Below, piece by piece: positions 7,688 through 16,225 of a DNA stretch of 64,000 nucleotides. The stretch's first letter is position 1. The number at the start of each line of letters is the position of its first letter. A model generated the notes under the pieces. The model was not told where the DNA came from. It saw nothing but the letters and a program-made list of their open reading frames with translations, and searched no databases. Source of the stretch: a virus. The position numbers and the translations under genes were made by a program. The stretch is taken from positions 8,139 to 72,138 of the IMG/VR virus record IMGVR_UViG_3300027740_000040; one strand, written 5' to 3'.

Positions 7688-8257
7688 ATGACGAACACGA
7701 CGACGGCCACAGCGAAGACCATCATCCACCCGTTCGAGGCTCGCGGGCTCGGCCAGGCGCCGTTCCGGTTCGTGGGCATGGTCGAGCAGGATCTCTGCTA
7801 CGGCGAAGCGATCCTGAACCGCGAGGAGTACCAGCGGACCGGGATCGCGCTGACCACCAAGCCGGGCGGGTCATGCGCCTACTGCGGCACCTACATCGTC
7901 AACATGTATCGGGTCCGCTCAGCCGACGGACGCGAATTCCACGTCGGATGCGAGTGCGTCGAGAAGGTGGCGAAGGCGGCTGCCGGCACCGCGCACGAAC
8001 GTGAGACGGCTGCCCTGCTGGCCCCCATCCGTCGCGCAAAGAATGCCCGCGCCAAGGCTCTCAGGACGGCGCGCGGGGCAGCCAAGGCGGCGGAGCTGGC
8101 GGCGACCGCCGAGCAGCGCCACGGCGAGTTGCTGGCCCGCCTCGACCGAGCTGACCACCCGGCGTTTCAGCGCATGGCGGAAGACCTCCGGAATGGCCGC
8201 GTGGCCAACCTGTCGCCTCGCCAGATTGCGTGGCTGGAGCAGACCGAGGCCCGGTAA
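7688..8257 (+). CDS. zinc-binding hypothetical protein
   Basis: CAYC...HVGCEC motif; first gene after promoter B1. Confidence 0.75.
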   Translation: MTNTTTATAKTIIHPFEARGLGQAPFRFVGMVEQDLCYGEAILNREEYQRTGIALTTKPGGSCAYCGTYIVNMYRVRSADGREFHVGCECVEKVAKAAAGTAHERETAALLAPIRRAKNARAKALRTARGAAKAAELAATAEQRHGELLARLDRADHPAFQRMAEDLRNGRVANLSPRQIAWLEQTEAR

Positions 8258-8278
8258 CCATCACCCCCTCGTCCTCCC

Positions 8279-8304
8279 GGCCCGCACCCCTCTGGGGTCG
8301 GGCC
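8279..8304 (+). other. conserved intergenic RNA hairpin, copy 3
   Basis: GGCCCG-CA-CCCC-tct-GGGG-T-CGGGCC upstream of AGGAGG. Confidence 0.6.
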
Positions 8305-8327
8305 TTTCGAGGTAGGAGGAACTGACC

Positions 8328-8825
8328 ATGACCGACCACCGATCCCACACCCTGCCGACCGATGCCGCGAAGCGCTACTGGACCGCCGTATTCGGGCCCC
8401 ACGTCTGCTCCGCAGAGCAGGCGATCGCGGAGTGCGCGATCCCAACCGAGTCCGAGGAGTCGATCACCATCTGGCTAGCGAACGCGGCCGATGCTGCTCG
8501 TGAGCAGGGGGCGAAAGTGCCGGACACCGACGACGCATGGTCAGCCGTACTGGTTCTGCTCATCCTCGCCAAGGTCAGCGCCGCCGCCGAACTGGCCGGC
8601 GCCGAGGACTACGAATACCGCCGCCAGGAAGTCGAACGGGGAGCGGAAGAGGAGTCCTGGGCGTGGCCGTTCGTGGGAGCGGACGATGCCTACCTGGACG
8701 CGGTAGGAACCGGCAAGGTGTGCGACGACCTCGGGATTCAGCGCGAGTCGTGGGACGACGTGTGTTCGGAATGGCTCGAGTCGTTCCGCCGCGGGTACGA
8801 GGGCGCGCACGAGGAAGACGAATGA
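8328..8825 (+). CDS. acidic hypothetical protein
   Basis: AGGAGG RBS; 165 aa. Confidence 0.75.
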   Translation: MTDHRSHTLPTDAAKRYWTAVFGPHVCSAEQAIAECAIPTESEESITIWLANAADAAREQGAKVPDTDDAWSAVLVLLILAKVSAAAELAGAEDYEYRRQEVERGAEEESWAWPFVGADDAYLDAVGTGKVCDDLGIQRESWDDVCSEWLESFRRGYEGAHEEDE

Positions 8826-9166
8826 CCACCCGCATCGACCTACGCCTGACCGCGGAGCTCGCCGCCCTGATCGCCCAGGCCGCCGCCGCCGTTGGCGAGA
8901 CGGACCGCAGCTGGGCGCGGGCGGCGCTACTCCGGGCAGCTCGTCACATCCACTTCGCGTTCCCCGGCATCCCACCGGGCGGGACCGAGCGCCTCGGGAT
9001 CCCGCTGGAGTCCGCCCACCGGGTGGCCATCGGCTTGGCGGCTGAATGGGCAGGGCTCTCGCTCTCGGACTGGGTACGGGCAGTGCTGGCGGCCGCGGCT
9101 GAGGCCGAAATCAGGGAGGTTTCCGCTGGTCGCGAGAAATCGACCAGGGCCCGGAAGAAAAGGTGA
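8822..9166 (+). CDS. tandem ribbon-helix-helix DNA-binding protein
   Basis: Two repeats: RIDLRLT...AAAA-GET-RSWARAAL and RLGIPL...AAEWAGLSLSDWVRAVL. Confidence 0.65.
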   Translation: MTTRIDLRLTAELAALIAQAAAAVGETDRSWARAALLRAARHIHFAFPGIPPGGTERLGIPLESAHRVAIGLAAEWAGLSLSDWVRAVLAAAAEAEIREVSAGREKSTRARKKR

Positions 9167-9172
9167 ACGAGG

Positions 9173-9209
9173 GCTTGACCGTACTCTAAAAGAGAGTACA
9201 GTGTTGATC
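9173..9209 (+). promoter_or_regulatory. sigma70-like promoter, family B copy 2, with GTACTC-N7-GAGTAC operator
   Basis: TTGACC-16nt-TACAGT; aligned with 7651. Confidence 0.7.
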
Positions 9210-9322
9210 ATGACGAACACGACGACGACCCGCCACGAAGCCTCCCGCTCGCTGTGTCCGACTTCGAGAAGAAGATCGACAACGGAGTCCGCCTGGTCCG
9301 GCGCCTGGAACAGCTTGCGTGA
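9210..9322 (+). pseudogene. probable frameshifted or internally deleted small gene
   Basis: Starts MTNTTTTRHEA; a different frame with typical codon usage reads LAVSDFEKKIDNGVRLVRRLEQLA* and ends before the hairpin. Confidence 0.45.
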
Positions 9323-9340
9323 CCGCCCGCCACCCCGTCC

Positions 9341-9367
9341 ACCCCCTCACCCAACCGGGCAGGGGGT
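9341..9367 (+). other. conserved intergenic RNA hairpin, copy 4
   Basis: ACCCCCT-CA-CCC-aacc-GGG-C-AGGGGGT upstream of AGGAG. Confidence 0.6.
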
Positions 9368-9386
9368 TTCGGGGCAGGAGAACCTG

Positions 9387-9557
9387 ATGCCGACCACCCC
9401 GCCAACCACGCCCACGACCGCCGCTCCCCAGCCGTCCGCCATCGGCATCCGGCTCGCCTGCGCGCCAGTGGCCTCGTCGGCTCCCGCGACCATCTACTCG
9501 CTCGTCCGGTACGGGCGCCTCTCCGACGCGCTCAGCGCGGCTGCGAGGGCAGCGTGA
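9387..9557 (+). CDS. short hypothetical protein (56 aa)
   Basis: AGGAG RBS; GTGA overlap downstream. Confidence 0.55.
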   Translation: MPTTPPTTPTTAAPQPSAIGIRLACAPVASSAPATIYSLVRYGRLSDALSAAARAA

Positions 9558-9973
9558 CGGACCCGTCCCTGTGGACGATCGTCAGGAAGTTCGGCGTTGC
9601 CGGCGGCCCCGATGTCGTCGTCCTCACCGAGGAGGGACTCGCGCTAGCTTTCCAGGTCGGCGCGCAGTGCCGGCGCGGTCCCGCGCTCGAGGCGCTCGAG
9701 GCGCTGGCGAACTTCGATGGGGAGGCGCTGTTCTGCGTCGGGACGGGGCCGCGACTCGTACTGACCGATCTCGGTCGGAGATTTGACCAGATCGCTTGGG
9801 GCAAACTGCGGTCGCTCGGCTACGTCGAGAGCGTGCCTCCAGTCCACGGAGAGCACGGAGGGGGCGTGCGCCTGACCGATGCCGGGCGCGCTGCCATCCT
9901 GCGCGGGTTCGACGAGCGGGAACGCCTGCTGGCCAGGTGCCGGTGGGAAGCCGAGAACCGAGGCGACCCTTGA
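9554..9973 (+). CDS. hypothetical protein, possible winged helix
   Basis: L-SLGYVE...VRLTDAG motif. Confidence 0.6.
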   Translation: MTDPSLWTIVRKFGVAGGPDVVVLTEEGLALAFQVGAQCRRGPALEALEALANFDGEALFCVGTGPRLVLTDLGRRFDQIAWGKLRSLGYVESVPPVHGEHGGGVRLTDAGRAAILRGFDERERLLARCRWEAENRGDP

Positions 9974-10155
9974 CCAACAACCGCGCGGGCAGGGCGCTGG
10001 TCGTGGAGCGCGGCAGCCGAGTGGACGGACCATGGGGACTCCGCTGGATCCCGGAGGTCGCATCCGCGACGGAGAACGACCTTGACGAACTGGACGGCGC
10101 CATGAGCCTTGGGGCCGGGTGGGATCTGGCGGAGGAAGACGGGGTGTGGACGTGA
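9970..10155 (+). CDS. small hypothetical protein
   Basis: TTGA overlap start; acidic C-terminus. Confidence 0.55.
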   Translation: MTNNRAGRALVVERGSRVDGPWGLRWIPEVASATENDLDELDGAMSLGAGWDLAEEDGVWT

Positions 10156-10328
10156 GCCACTGCCAGCGGACCATCCGCGCCCTGAACGATTCCAGCGCGG
10201 CTCGCGAACTCCTGGTCACCCTGACGACCTTGCTCGGTGGCGAACCCGTCATCGAGCCGCCTGGCGGATTCCCGGCCTCCTCGATTGGGAACTGGAACAC
10301 CCGGAGTAGCCGGCACGATCTAGCGTAG
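10152..10328 (+). CDS. small hypothetical protein
   Basis: GTGA overlap start. Confidence 0.5.
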   Translation: MSHCQRTIRALNDSSAARELLVTLTTLLGGEPVIEPPGGFPASSIGNWNTRSSRHDLA

Positions 10329-10339
10329 AGGAGGACACG

Positions 10340-10636
10340 ATGAAAATCAGATCCCTATCCACGACCACGCCAAATCTAGGATCCGCAGACCCCGCTAGTC
10401 CGTTGCACTGCCAGCGCGGATACCCACGCCCGCACCGTTGCCCGTTGCTGAACATACAGCGCGGCGGGCCAGCGTGCGCAGCCTGCCCTGGAGAGATCCT
10501 GGATACCGGCTGGGTGTACGAGGACGGGTCGAGCGTCAGTTCTCGCCGCTCCGAACCGGGCGATTTTCAGTTCGCGCGTGCCCTACGCACAACGGAGTGC
10601 ATGGCATACGCAGCACGACGTCCCGATTCGCGCTGA
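10340..10636 (+). CDS. Cys-containing hypothetical protein
   Basis: GAGGAGG RBS; abuts the convergent - strand operon. Confidence 0.55.
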   Translation: MKIRSLSTTTPNLGSADPASPLHCQRGYPRPHRCPLLNIQRGGPACAACPGEILDTGWVYEDGSSVSSRRSEPGDFQFARALRTTECMAYAARRPDSR

Positions 10637-11020
10637 TTACTCCGCCGCCGTCGGGCACCCCATTCGTCCGTGACATGGCAGCGCGTTTACCGCCGCCTCG
10701 ATCTCCGCCAGCCGCTGACCATGCCGCCGGTGCTCGTGCGCGACGATCTCGAGCGATCCAGCACCGTTGGCCAGCGTGGCCTCGATTCTCGCCAGGGTCG
10801 CGTCCGTGCGGCGCCGCCAGTCGCGCGCGTCGTCCTGGTCGATCGTAAGGTCCCGTCGCAGGGCCGCCACCTCGGCGCGGATCCCCATCAGCAGTCCCGC
10901 CAGCGCCTCGGGGTCGATGGTGCTCGCCGGGTCCCGCTCGGGCTCGTGGCCCCCGTGGTCTGTCGGTTCTTCTCGCGGTGGCGGCGGACTCGGATCGGTA
11001 GGGTGCTCGGAATCAATCAT
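10637..11020 (-). CDS. coiled-coil hypothetical protein
   Basis: ATGA overlap; last gene of the late - operon. Confidence 0.65.
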   Translation of the reverse strand: MIDSEHPTDPSPPPPREEPTDHGGHEPERDPASTIDPEALAGLLMGIRAEVAALRRDLTIDQDDARDWRRRTDATLARIEATLANGAGSLEIVAHEHRRHGQRLAEIEAAVNALPCHGRMGCPTAAE

Positions 11021-11138
11021 CGGTCCATCCAGTCGGGTCGGTGTCGTAGTCGTCCATGGTGGGAATCCAGTCCAAGCAGCAGCGCGCCGGTGTAGCGCGG
11101 GGAAGGTGTCGGGGGCGTCGCGGGCCAGAGGTCGGCCA

Positions 11139-11930
11139 TCAGATGATCTTCAGTCCACCATTCACGACGCCGGTGCTGGTAGTCGAGCAAAGCTCCACGA
11201 GCCACAGGCAGGCATTGTCCGGAATCACTGGCAACCCGAGGTTGAAAGCGTCGAAGATCGAGATCTGGCTTATTACCGAAACACCGATCGGGTGGAGGAC
11301 CTTCGCCACCGTGACGCCGAAGTTTCCCGCAGTTCCGGTCGTGGCGCTCAGCGTTACGGTCTGGATCGACTTGATGGTGTCGCCGGCCGTGCTGGGGATG
11401 ATCTGCATCAGCCGAGACGCGCGAGTCGTTGCCGCCAGCGCAACCGTGCAAGTGCGAGAGCCGACGTCCGATCCGTTCGTGTACGTGATCGTGGCCGTTA
11501 CTCCAGTGGCGCCGGTGTCGACGTAGTGCTCAATGAACCACTCGACGTCGCTGCCGTCCGGGGATGCGTTTCGATTCGCCGGGATCGCCAGGTTGACGGT
11601 CTGCGCGGTGATCACAGTCCCGCTCAATCCGCCCATGTGCTGGATTCGGTCGTAGACGATCAGGCTCCCCGCGATGGCCATCTGGGCCCAGAGGTGCCCG
11701 AGGTAGTTGGCGGTTTCGTTCGTGAACGGGAACCCTCCCGCCGTCGCACTCGTGCACGTTGCCGCGGTCGTTGGATTTGAGCCTGCCGGCGGGTTACCGG
11801 CCGCCTTCCAGAGACTGAACATGAACCCTGACGCCGAGTTGGCGATCGACGCCTTCAAGAACGGCTTCACTTGCGCGGCCGCGATGGCGGCGGTGAAGAT
11901 CTCTGGTGTAGTGATCGGCGCGCTTGCCAT
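11139..11930 (-). CDS. putative virion (tail/fibre-associated) protein
   Basis: Thr/Ala/Gly-rich beta protein with YDRI-HMGGLSGTV-TAQTVN motif seen in phage structural proteins. Confidence 0.55.
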   Translation of the reverse strand: MASAPITTPEIFTAAIAAAQVKPFLKASIANSASGFMFSLWKAAGNPPAGSNPTTAATCTSATAGGFPFTNETANYLGHLWAQMAIAGSLIVYDRIQHMGGLSGTVITAQTVNLAIPANRNASPDGSDVEWFIEHYVDTGATGVTATITYTNGSDVGSRTCTVALAATTRASRLMQIIPSTAGDTIKSIQTVTLSATTGTAGNFGVTVAKVLHPIGVSVISQISIFDAFNLGLPVIPDNACLWLVELCSTTSTGVVNGGLKII

Positions 11931-11932
11931 GT

Positions 11933-13405
11933 TTACCCCGTCATTCCCAGTGAGATCTTGATCACTGCTGCCCGTGGTCCACCGAGCAGCACCCAGCCGA
12001 ATCGAGAGATTTCGGAGTCAGCGATTCGCGAATCCGACCGGGGCTGGATCATCGTCGGCACCGACGTCGACCCGCCAACCGTGCCACTCGCCGCGAACGT
12101 GGCCGCCGAACTCTGCGCCGACAGCACGCCCGAGACGACCGGTGATCCCGAGCACGACACGGACGCCGCGGCGGAAACGGCCGTCATCGCGCCCGTCACT
12201 GTGCTGGTACCGGAGGCGGAGAACGAACTCGCCGCGGAAGTGAGGATCGCCGTACCAGAGACGACCGGACTCCCGGAGGCCGCCATGGTGGCAGCGCCCG
12301 AAGTGGCCGCGAGCGTGCCGGACTCCACTGGAGATCCGGAGGCGGAGAATGCTCCGGCTCCCGACGCTGCAGCAGCAGTTCCGGTGAGCACCGGAGCGCC
12401 AGCGGCGGTGAACACAGCGGCCGCCGACTGCGCACCGATCGACCCCGTGCAGACCGGAGCTCCCGAGCTCGACCAGGTGCTGGCCGCCGATACGGCCGCG
12501 ACTTGGCCGGCGACCACTGGGGATCCGGCAGCCGAGAACGAGGCCTCAACGGACACCGCCCCGACCGCGCCCTCCACGACGGGAGAGCCGCTCACCTCGA
12601 CGGTAGCCGGCGCCGACGTTGCCGCCATGCTGCCGACCAGCACGTTGCCGCCGGTCGCAGCGAACGTCCCCGAGTCGGAGACGGCAGCGACCTGCCCGGA
12701 GACGATTGGGGTGCCGGCGGCGGCGATCGTTGCCCCCTCCGAACTCGCCTCGACGCCGCCAGTCACGACCGGGGATCCGGACGCCGACGCCTGTGCGGCA
12801 TCGGAGACGGCGCCTACGGACCCCGAGACGACCGGTGCGCCAGCAGCCTCGAACGAGGCCGCAGCCGAACTCGCTGCCGCGCTTCCGGCGACGACCGGCG
12901 ATCCCACTGCCTCGACGACAGCCGGGCTCGAGACGGCACCCAGGACACCGACCACCGGCTGAACTCCAGACTCGCCCGCGAACGTGGCGGGACCCGAGAC
13001 GGCATCGACAGCGCCGGTCACGACGGGAGCGCCGGACGACGCCGCAGTTGCGGAGCCCGACGCGAACTCGCCGAATCCAGAGACGACTGGCGAACCGCTC
13101 GCGCTGACGCTCGACCCGCTGGCCACCATCTCGGCAGCGCCAGTCACGACAGGAGATCCAGCGGATTCGAACGATGCCGGGCTCGAGATCGCGGTCAGCG
13201 ATCCGATGACCGAGACGTACTCCGCGTAGCCGACCCGCGCCGTGACCGAGCAGTACCCGCCGGAGCGCGCCGTTATCCCGACGACTCCACCGGTTCGCGC
13301 CCGCGTGGAGCACAGTCCACCCAACCGGGCGGCGACGAGAGGAGTCCCGCCGACGCGCGCCGTGCAGCGCGCCAGCCCCCCATACCTCGCCGTGACCGTG
13401 ACCAC
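11933..13405 (-). CDS. fibre-like repeat protein (about 18 x 21-aa repeats)
   Basis: S-xA(S/T)FxAxGxPVVxG period-21 repeats; N-terminal ARxGG decamers; GAGGGG RBS. Confidence 0.75.
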   Translation of the reverse strand: MVTVTARYGGLARCTARVGGTPLVAARLGGLCSTRARTGGVVGITARSGGYCSVTARVGYAEYVSVIGSLTAISSPASFESAGSPVVTGAAEMVASGSSVSASGSPVVSGFGEFASGSATAASSGAPVVTGAVDAVSGPATFAGESGVQPVVGVLGAVSSPAVVEAVGSPVVAGSAAASSAAASFEAAGAPVVSGSVGAVSDAAQASASGSPVVTGGVEASSEGATIAAAGTPIVSGQVAAVSDSGTFAATGGNVLVGSMAATSAPATVEVSGSPVVEGAVGAVSVEASFSAAGSPVVAGQVAAVSAASTWSSSGAPVCTGSIGAQSAAAVFTAAGAPVLTGTAAAASGAGAFSASGSPVESGTLAATSGAATMAASGSPVVSGTAILTSAASSFSASGTSTVTGAMTAVSAAASVSCSGSPVVSGVLSAQSSAATFAASGTVGGSTSVPTMIQPRSDSRIADSEISRFGWVLLGGPRAAVIKISLGMTG

Positions 13406-13414
13406 GCGGACCCC

Positions 13415-13783
13415 TCAGACGGCGGCCGTGTAGCTCGCTGACGTGATCTGGACGGGCTGCCCGGCGACGATCGAGAGCGTGACGAGATTGAGGTCAGCGC
13501 CGGTGACGCCCACTGTGAGGGTGAGCGAAGTTCCGGCATCCGAGTCCTCGACGACAGCGGTGTCGGCGGTTCCACTCGCATCCGCGGCGGTGTCGGAGCG
13601 CGGGAATCCAGAGAACGTCAGCGTCGGGCCCGAGACGGTACCGCACGGGTCGCCAAGCACGATGTCCGCCAGCACGGTCGCGCCTTGCTTGATCTTGAGG
13701 TGACCTGGACCGGTGCCGGAATCGATGTCGTCGCGGACACGGGTGGCGTCGTCTATTCGCAGTTGTGCTGAATGTTGCATCAA
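13415..13783 (-). CDS. conserved small virion protein
   Basis: ADASGTA...VG-TGADLNL...I-AGQ-V-ITS motif typical of tail-associated proteins. Confidence 0.55.
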   Translation of the reverse strand: MMQHSAQLRIDDATRVRDDIDSGTGPGHLKIKQGATVLADIVLGDPCGTVSGPTLTFSGFPRSDTAADASGTADTAVVEDSDAGTSLTLTVGVTGADLNLVTLSIVAGQPVQITSASYTAAV

Positions 13784-14082
13784 AAACTCTCCTTTGGAAC
13801 AACCATTAGCCGGAACGGGGGAGCGCGGCGGGAGACTCCGCCGATCGTGTAGCGGGGTACGAGCAGCAGATCTCCCAGCGCGTCCGCATCGCCGGAGACG
13901 AGGTCATGACGCATCACGATCCGCTGCGCGGTAGCGGTGAAAGTCGCGGACCACGTGCCACCGTTCACGTCGAACGAGGCCGCAGTCACGGTGCCGAATG
14001 GCTCGCCATCGGGCGCAGTGAGGATCGCCTCGACGTACTCACCCGGGCCGGCGCCCTGCATGATCTTGACGGTGGAGGCCAT
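13780..14082 (-). CDS. small beta-sandwich virion protein
   Basis: TGATG and ATGA overlaps; 100 aa. Confidence 0.55.
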   Translation of the reverse strand: MASTVKIMQGAGPGEYVEAILTAPDGEPFGTVTAASFDVNGGTWSATFTATAQRIVMRHDLVSGDADALGDLLLVPRYTIGGVSRRAPPFRLMVVPKESF

Positions 14083-14822
14083 CAGGCGTTCCCGTCTCGC
14101 GCCAGCTTCGCCCACGTGAGTGGACCGCAGACTCCGTCGACGGTCATGTGCCGCGATGCCTGGTACGATCGCAACGCCGCCTCGGTGACGGGACCGAACG
14201 CGCCGTCTGCCACGATCCCGAGCAACTGTTGCATGGCTCGCACCGACTCCCCGCGTGAACCACGGCGGAGCGTTGGCATATGCTCGGCGTCGATCTGGAT
14301 CTCTCCCGGCTCGGGTCCAGTGGTAGCCTGGCACGCGAGGTCGGCGGCGCGAACGCATCGGGCAAGCGCGGAGTGGTGATTCGCGATCCGCTGCTCTACC
14401 GTGGCCCCGAATCCCTCGTAGTACCCGGTGGCGTGCAGCGCCTGCGAGACGCCCAGCAGATCGCAACTCTTGGCCGCGTTCAGGACGAGTGAGCGTCCGC
14501 GATTGATGAAGACGACTCTGACCAGATCTTCCCACCCAGCCGCCGGAGTAGCGTACTTGCGGAACGCGATCCGGTACGGGGTCGAAGTGCCGTCCGCGTT
14601 CGGGTGCGTGTCCGTGTAGGCGAATGTTTCGCCAACCCACGAGCCCGCTTGGATCGCCCCCATGTTGTTGGAGCCATTGCCGGATCCCTTCCATCCGTCG
14701 CCGTACCCCGTCTCGAGGCACGCGACTCCGGCAAGCGCGCGTTCGACGGGCAGCGACGACTGGCCCAGGACGCGCTCGAGCGCAGAGCGGGCATAGGACC
14801 TGGCGGAGGAATGGTTGGTCAT
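14082..14822 (-). CDS. endolysin: GH73/glucosaminidase-like domain plus C-terminal peptidoglycan-binding domain
   Basis: LETGYG...NNMGAIQA...FRKY...L-ATGYY; TLRRGSRGE-V..MQ.LL...DG-FGP-T..A...Q....VDG-CG..TW. Confidence 0.85.
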   Translation of the reverse strand: MTNHSSARSYARSALERVLGQSSLPVERALAGVACLETGYGDGWKGSGNGSNNMGAIQAGSWVGETFAYTDTHPNADGTSTPYRIAFRKYATPAAGWEDLVRVVFINRGRSLVLNAAKSCDLLGVSQALHATGYYEGFGATVEQRIANHHSALARCVRAADLACQATTGPEPGEIQIDAEHMPTLRRGSRGESVRAMQQLLGIVADGAFGPVTEAALRSYQASRHMTVDGVCGPLTWAKLARDGNA

Positions 14823-15013
14823 CGGTCAGCCTCCAAACGCCAAAACGCCGACAGCCCGGAGGCCATCGGCGCGAAATTGCCCAGGACATTCCGGGCGAAC
14901 CTGGAATGTTGCGATCTGACGGCGGGCGGTGTCTGTCCTGGGAGTCATCGGAGTCGGTTCCGTTGGCCATGGCCCCGGGCGGTGACGCGCCGCGGGGCCG
15001 CTCTGATCGGGGG

Positions 15014-15208
15014 CTACGTCGAGTCTGGTTTCCGCTGATTGCGCCGCACCAGTTCTTCGATCTCGTCGCGGAGGAATCGGTACATCCTGCCGGTGTCGAT
15101 CTCCTCGCGCCCGTACCGGCGGCAGCACTCCTCGCGGGCTGCTTCGCGCTCCGGTCGAGTCCCCGCTGCGTGGTAGCGCAGGGCGGGGAAGTGGGTCAGG
15201 TCCGTCAC
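15014..15208 (-). CDS. small hypothetical protein
   Basis: GTGA overlap; 64 aa. Confidence 0.55.
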   Translation of the reverse strand: MTDLTHFPALRYHAAGTRPEREAAREECCRRYGREEIDTGRMYRFLRDEIEELVRRNQRKPDST

Positions 15209-15414
15209 CACAGCACCCAATCGTCAAACGTCTCGCGCTCGACCCGCCGATCGTCCTCGTCTCCGCACCGCAGTTCGCGGAGCAGGTTGCGGGCCGCGGC
15301 TTGACGCACCGCCTGCCGACAGTTCGCCTTCTCGGTGCCGCCGGAGCGCTTGCGGGAGAAGACGCGGGACACGACTCGACGGCCGCGCTTGATTGAGCGG
15401 TGGAGGGACATCAT
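15205..15414 (-). CDS. small basic hypothetical protein
   Basis: ATGA overlap; Arg-rich. Confidence 0.55.
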   Translation of the reverse strand: MMSLHRSIKRGRRVVSRVFSRKRSGGTEKANCRQAVRQAAARNLLRELRCGDEDDRRVERETFDDWVLW

Positions 15415-15629
15415 GGCGGTAGCTTCTCCGCCCCGAGTGCGTCATCCAGTGCGGCTTCCACCTGCTCGTGGGTCAGCAACTCCTGAACCGCAGAGGCGAC
15501 TCGCATCGATCTCCCATGCCGAGTTTCCGCCAGCCTCCGATGCTCCTCGAGACTGCGGTTGCGCAGAACTTCGACGGACTCGCCGGTGGCGCGCTCCACG
15601 GCTCGCTCGAGCTTCTCAAGGATTGTCAC
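15411..15629 (-). CDS. small helical hypothetical protein
   Basis: GTGA overlap; MTILEKLERAVE... Confidence 0.6.
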   Translation of the reverse strand: MTILEKLERAVERATGESVEVLRNRSLEEHRRLAETRHGRSMRVASAVQELLTHEQVEAALDDALGAEKLPP

Positions 15630-16225
15630 GTAGCCGCCTCCTCGCCGTTCCACTCGCTCCACGAGACGGGCCACGCCTCGCCGAACTCGTAGGCCACGCC
15701 CGCCGCCTCCGCCTCTTCGTCGAAGCACGTCGTGCACAGCAGCGACCATCGCCCGCGCACTACCGCGGCCCACGTCTCGTCCGGCACGTCGAAGCCGACG
15801 CAGTTCCGGCGGCCGCAGCGCTTGCAGACCTCGCCGCGCCACCGCCCGCGATGCCGCTCGTTCAGCAGCGCCATCCAGAACCAGTTAGCTTCCCACTCGG
15901 CCAGACCTTCGCCGAACCTAGGGAACGACATGGGAACGCTGCCGCACTTGCTGTGCAGAACGTAATGACCGAGTTCGTGGCCGATCGTCCTTCTGTCTTG
16001 GTCGAAACTGGTATAGGCGTACAGGTTGATCGTGAAGTCTCCCGGTCCTCGCACATCTATCGATGTGTCCTGTGAATCTGGTGTGTTCCAGACGCGACCC
16101 CCGAGCTTGACAATGATGCTGTGCGGCTGAATAGAACATCCGGGATGGACGCACATATCGCGGAACTTTATGGCCAGTTCCTCAATGCCTTTACGCCCGA
16201 TGCCGCATGGTTCAACGGCGGTCAT
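15626..16225 (-). CDS. ImmA/IrrE-family Zn metallopeptidase fused to a C-terminal CxxC zinc domain
   Basis: RRTIGHELGHYVLH (HExxH) and EWEANWF; then CKRC...CTTC. Confidence 0.75.
   Translation of the reverse strand: MTAVEPCGIGRKGIEELAIKFRDMCVHPGCSIQPHSIIVKLGGRVWNTPDSQDTSIDVRGPGDFTINLYAYTSFDQDRRTIGHELGHYVLHSKCGSVPMSFPRFGEGLAEWEANWFWMALLNERHRGRWRGEVCKRCGRRNCVGFDVPDETWAAVVRGRWSLLCTTCFDEEAEAAGVAYEFGEAWPVSWSEWNGEEAAT

Noticed and set aside
11871-13441. Long + strand ORFs (11871-12962, 12503-13441)
   Set aside because: Antisense shadows of the repetitive - strand fibre gene.
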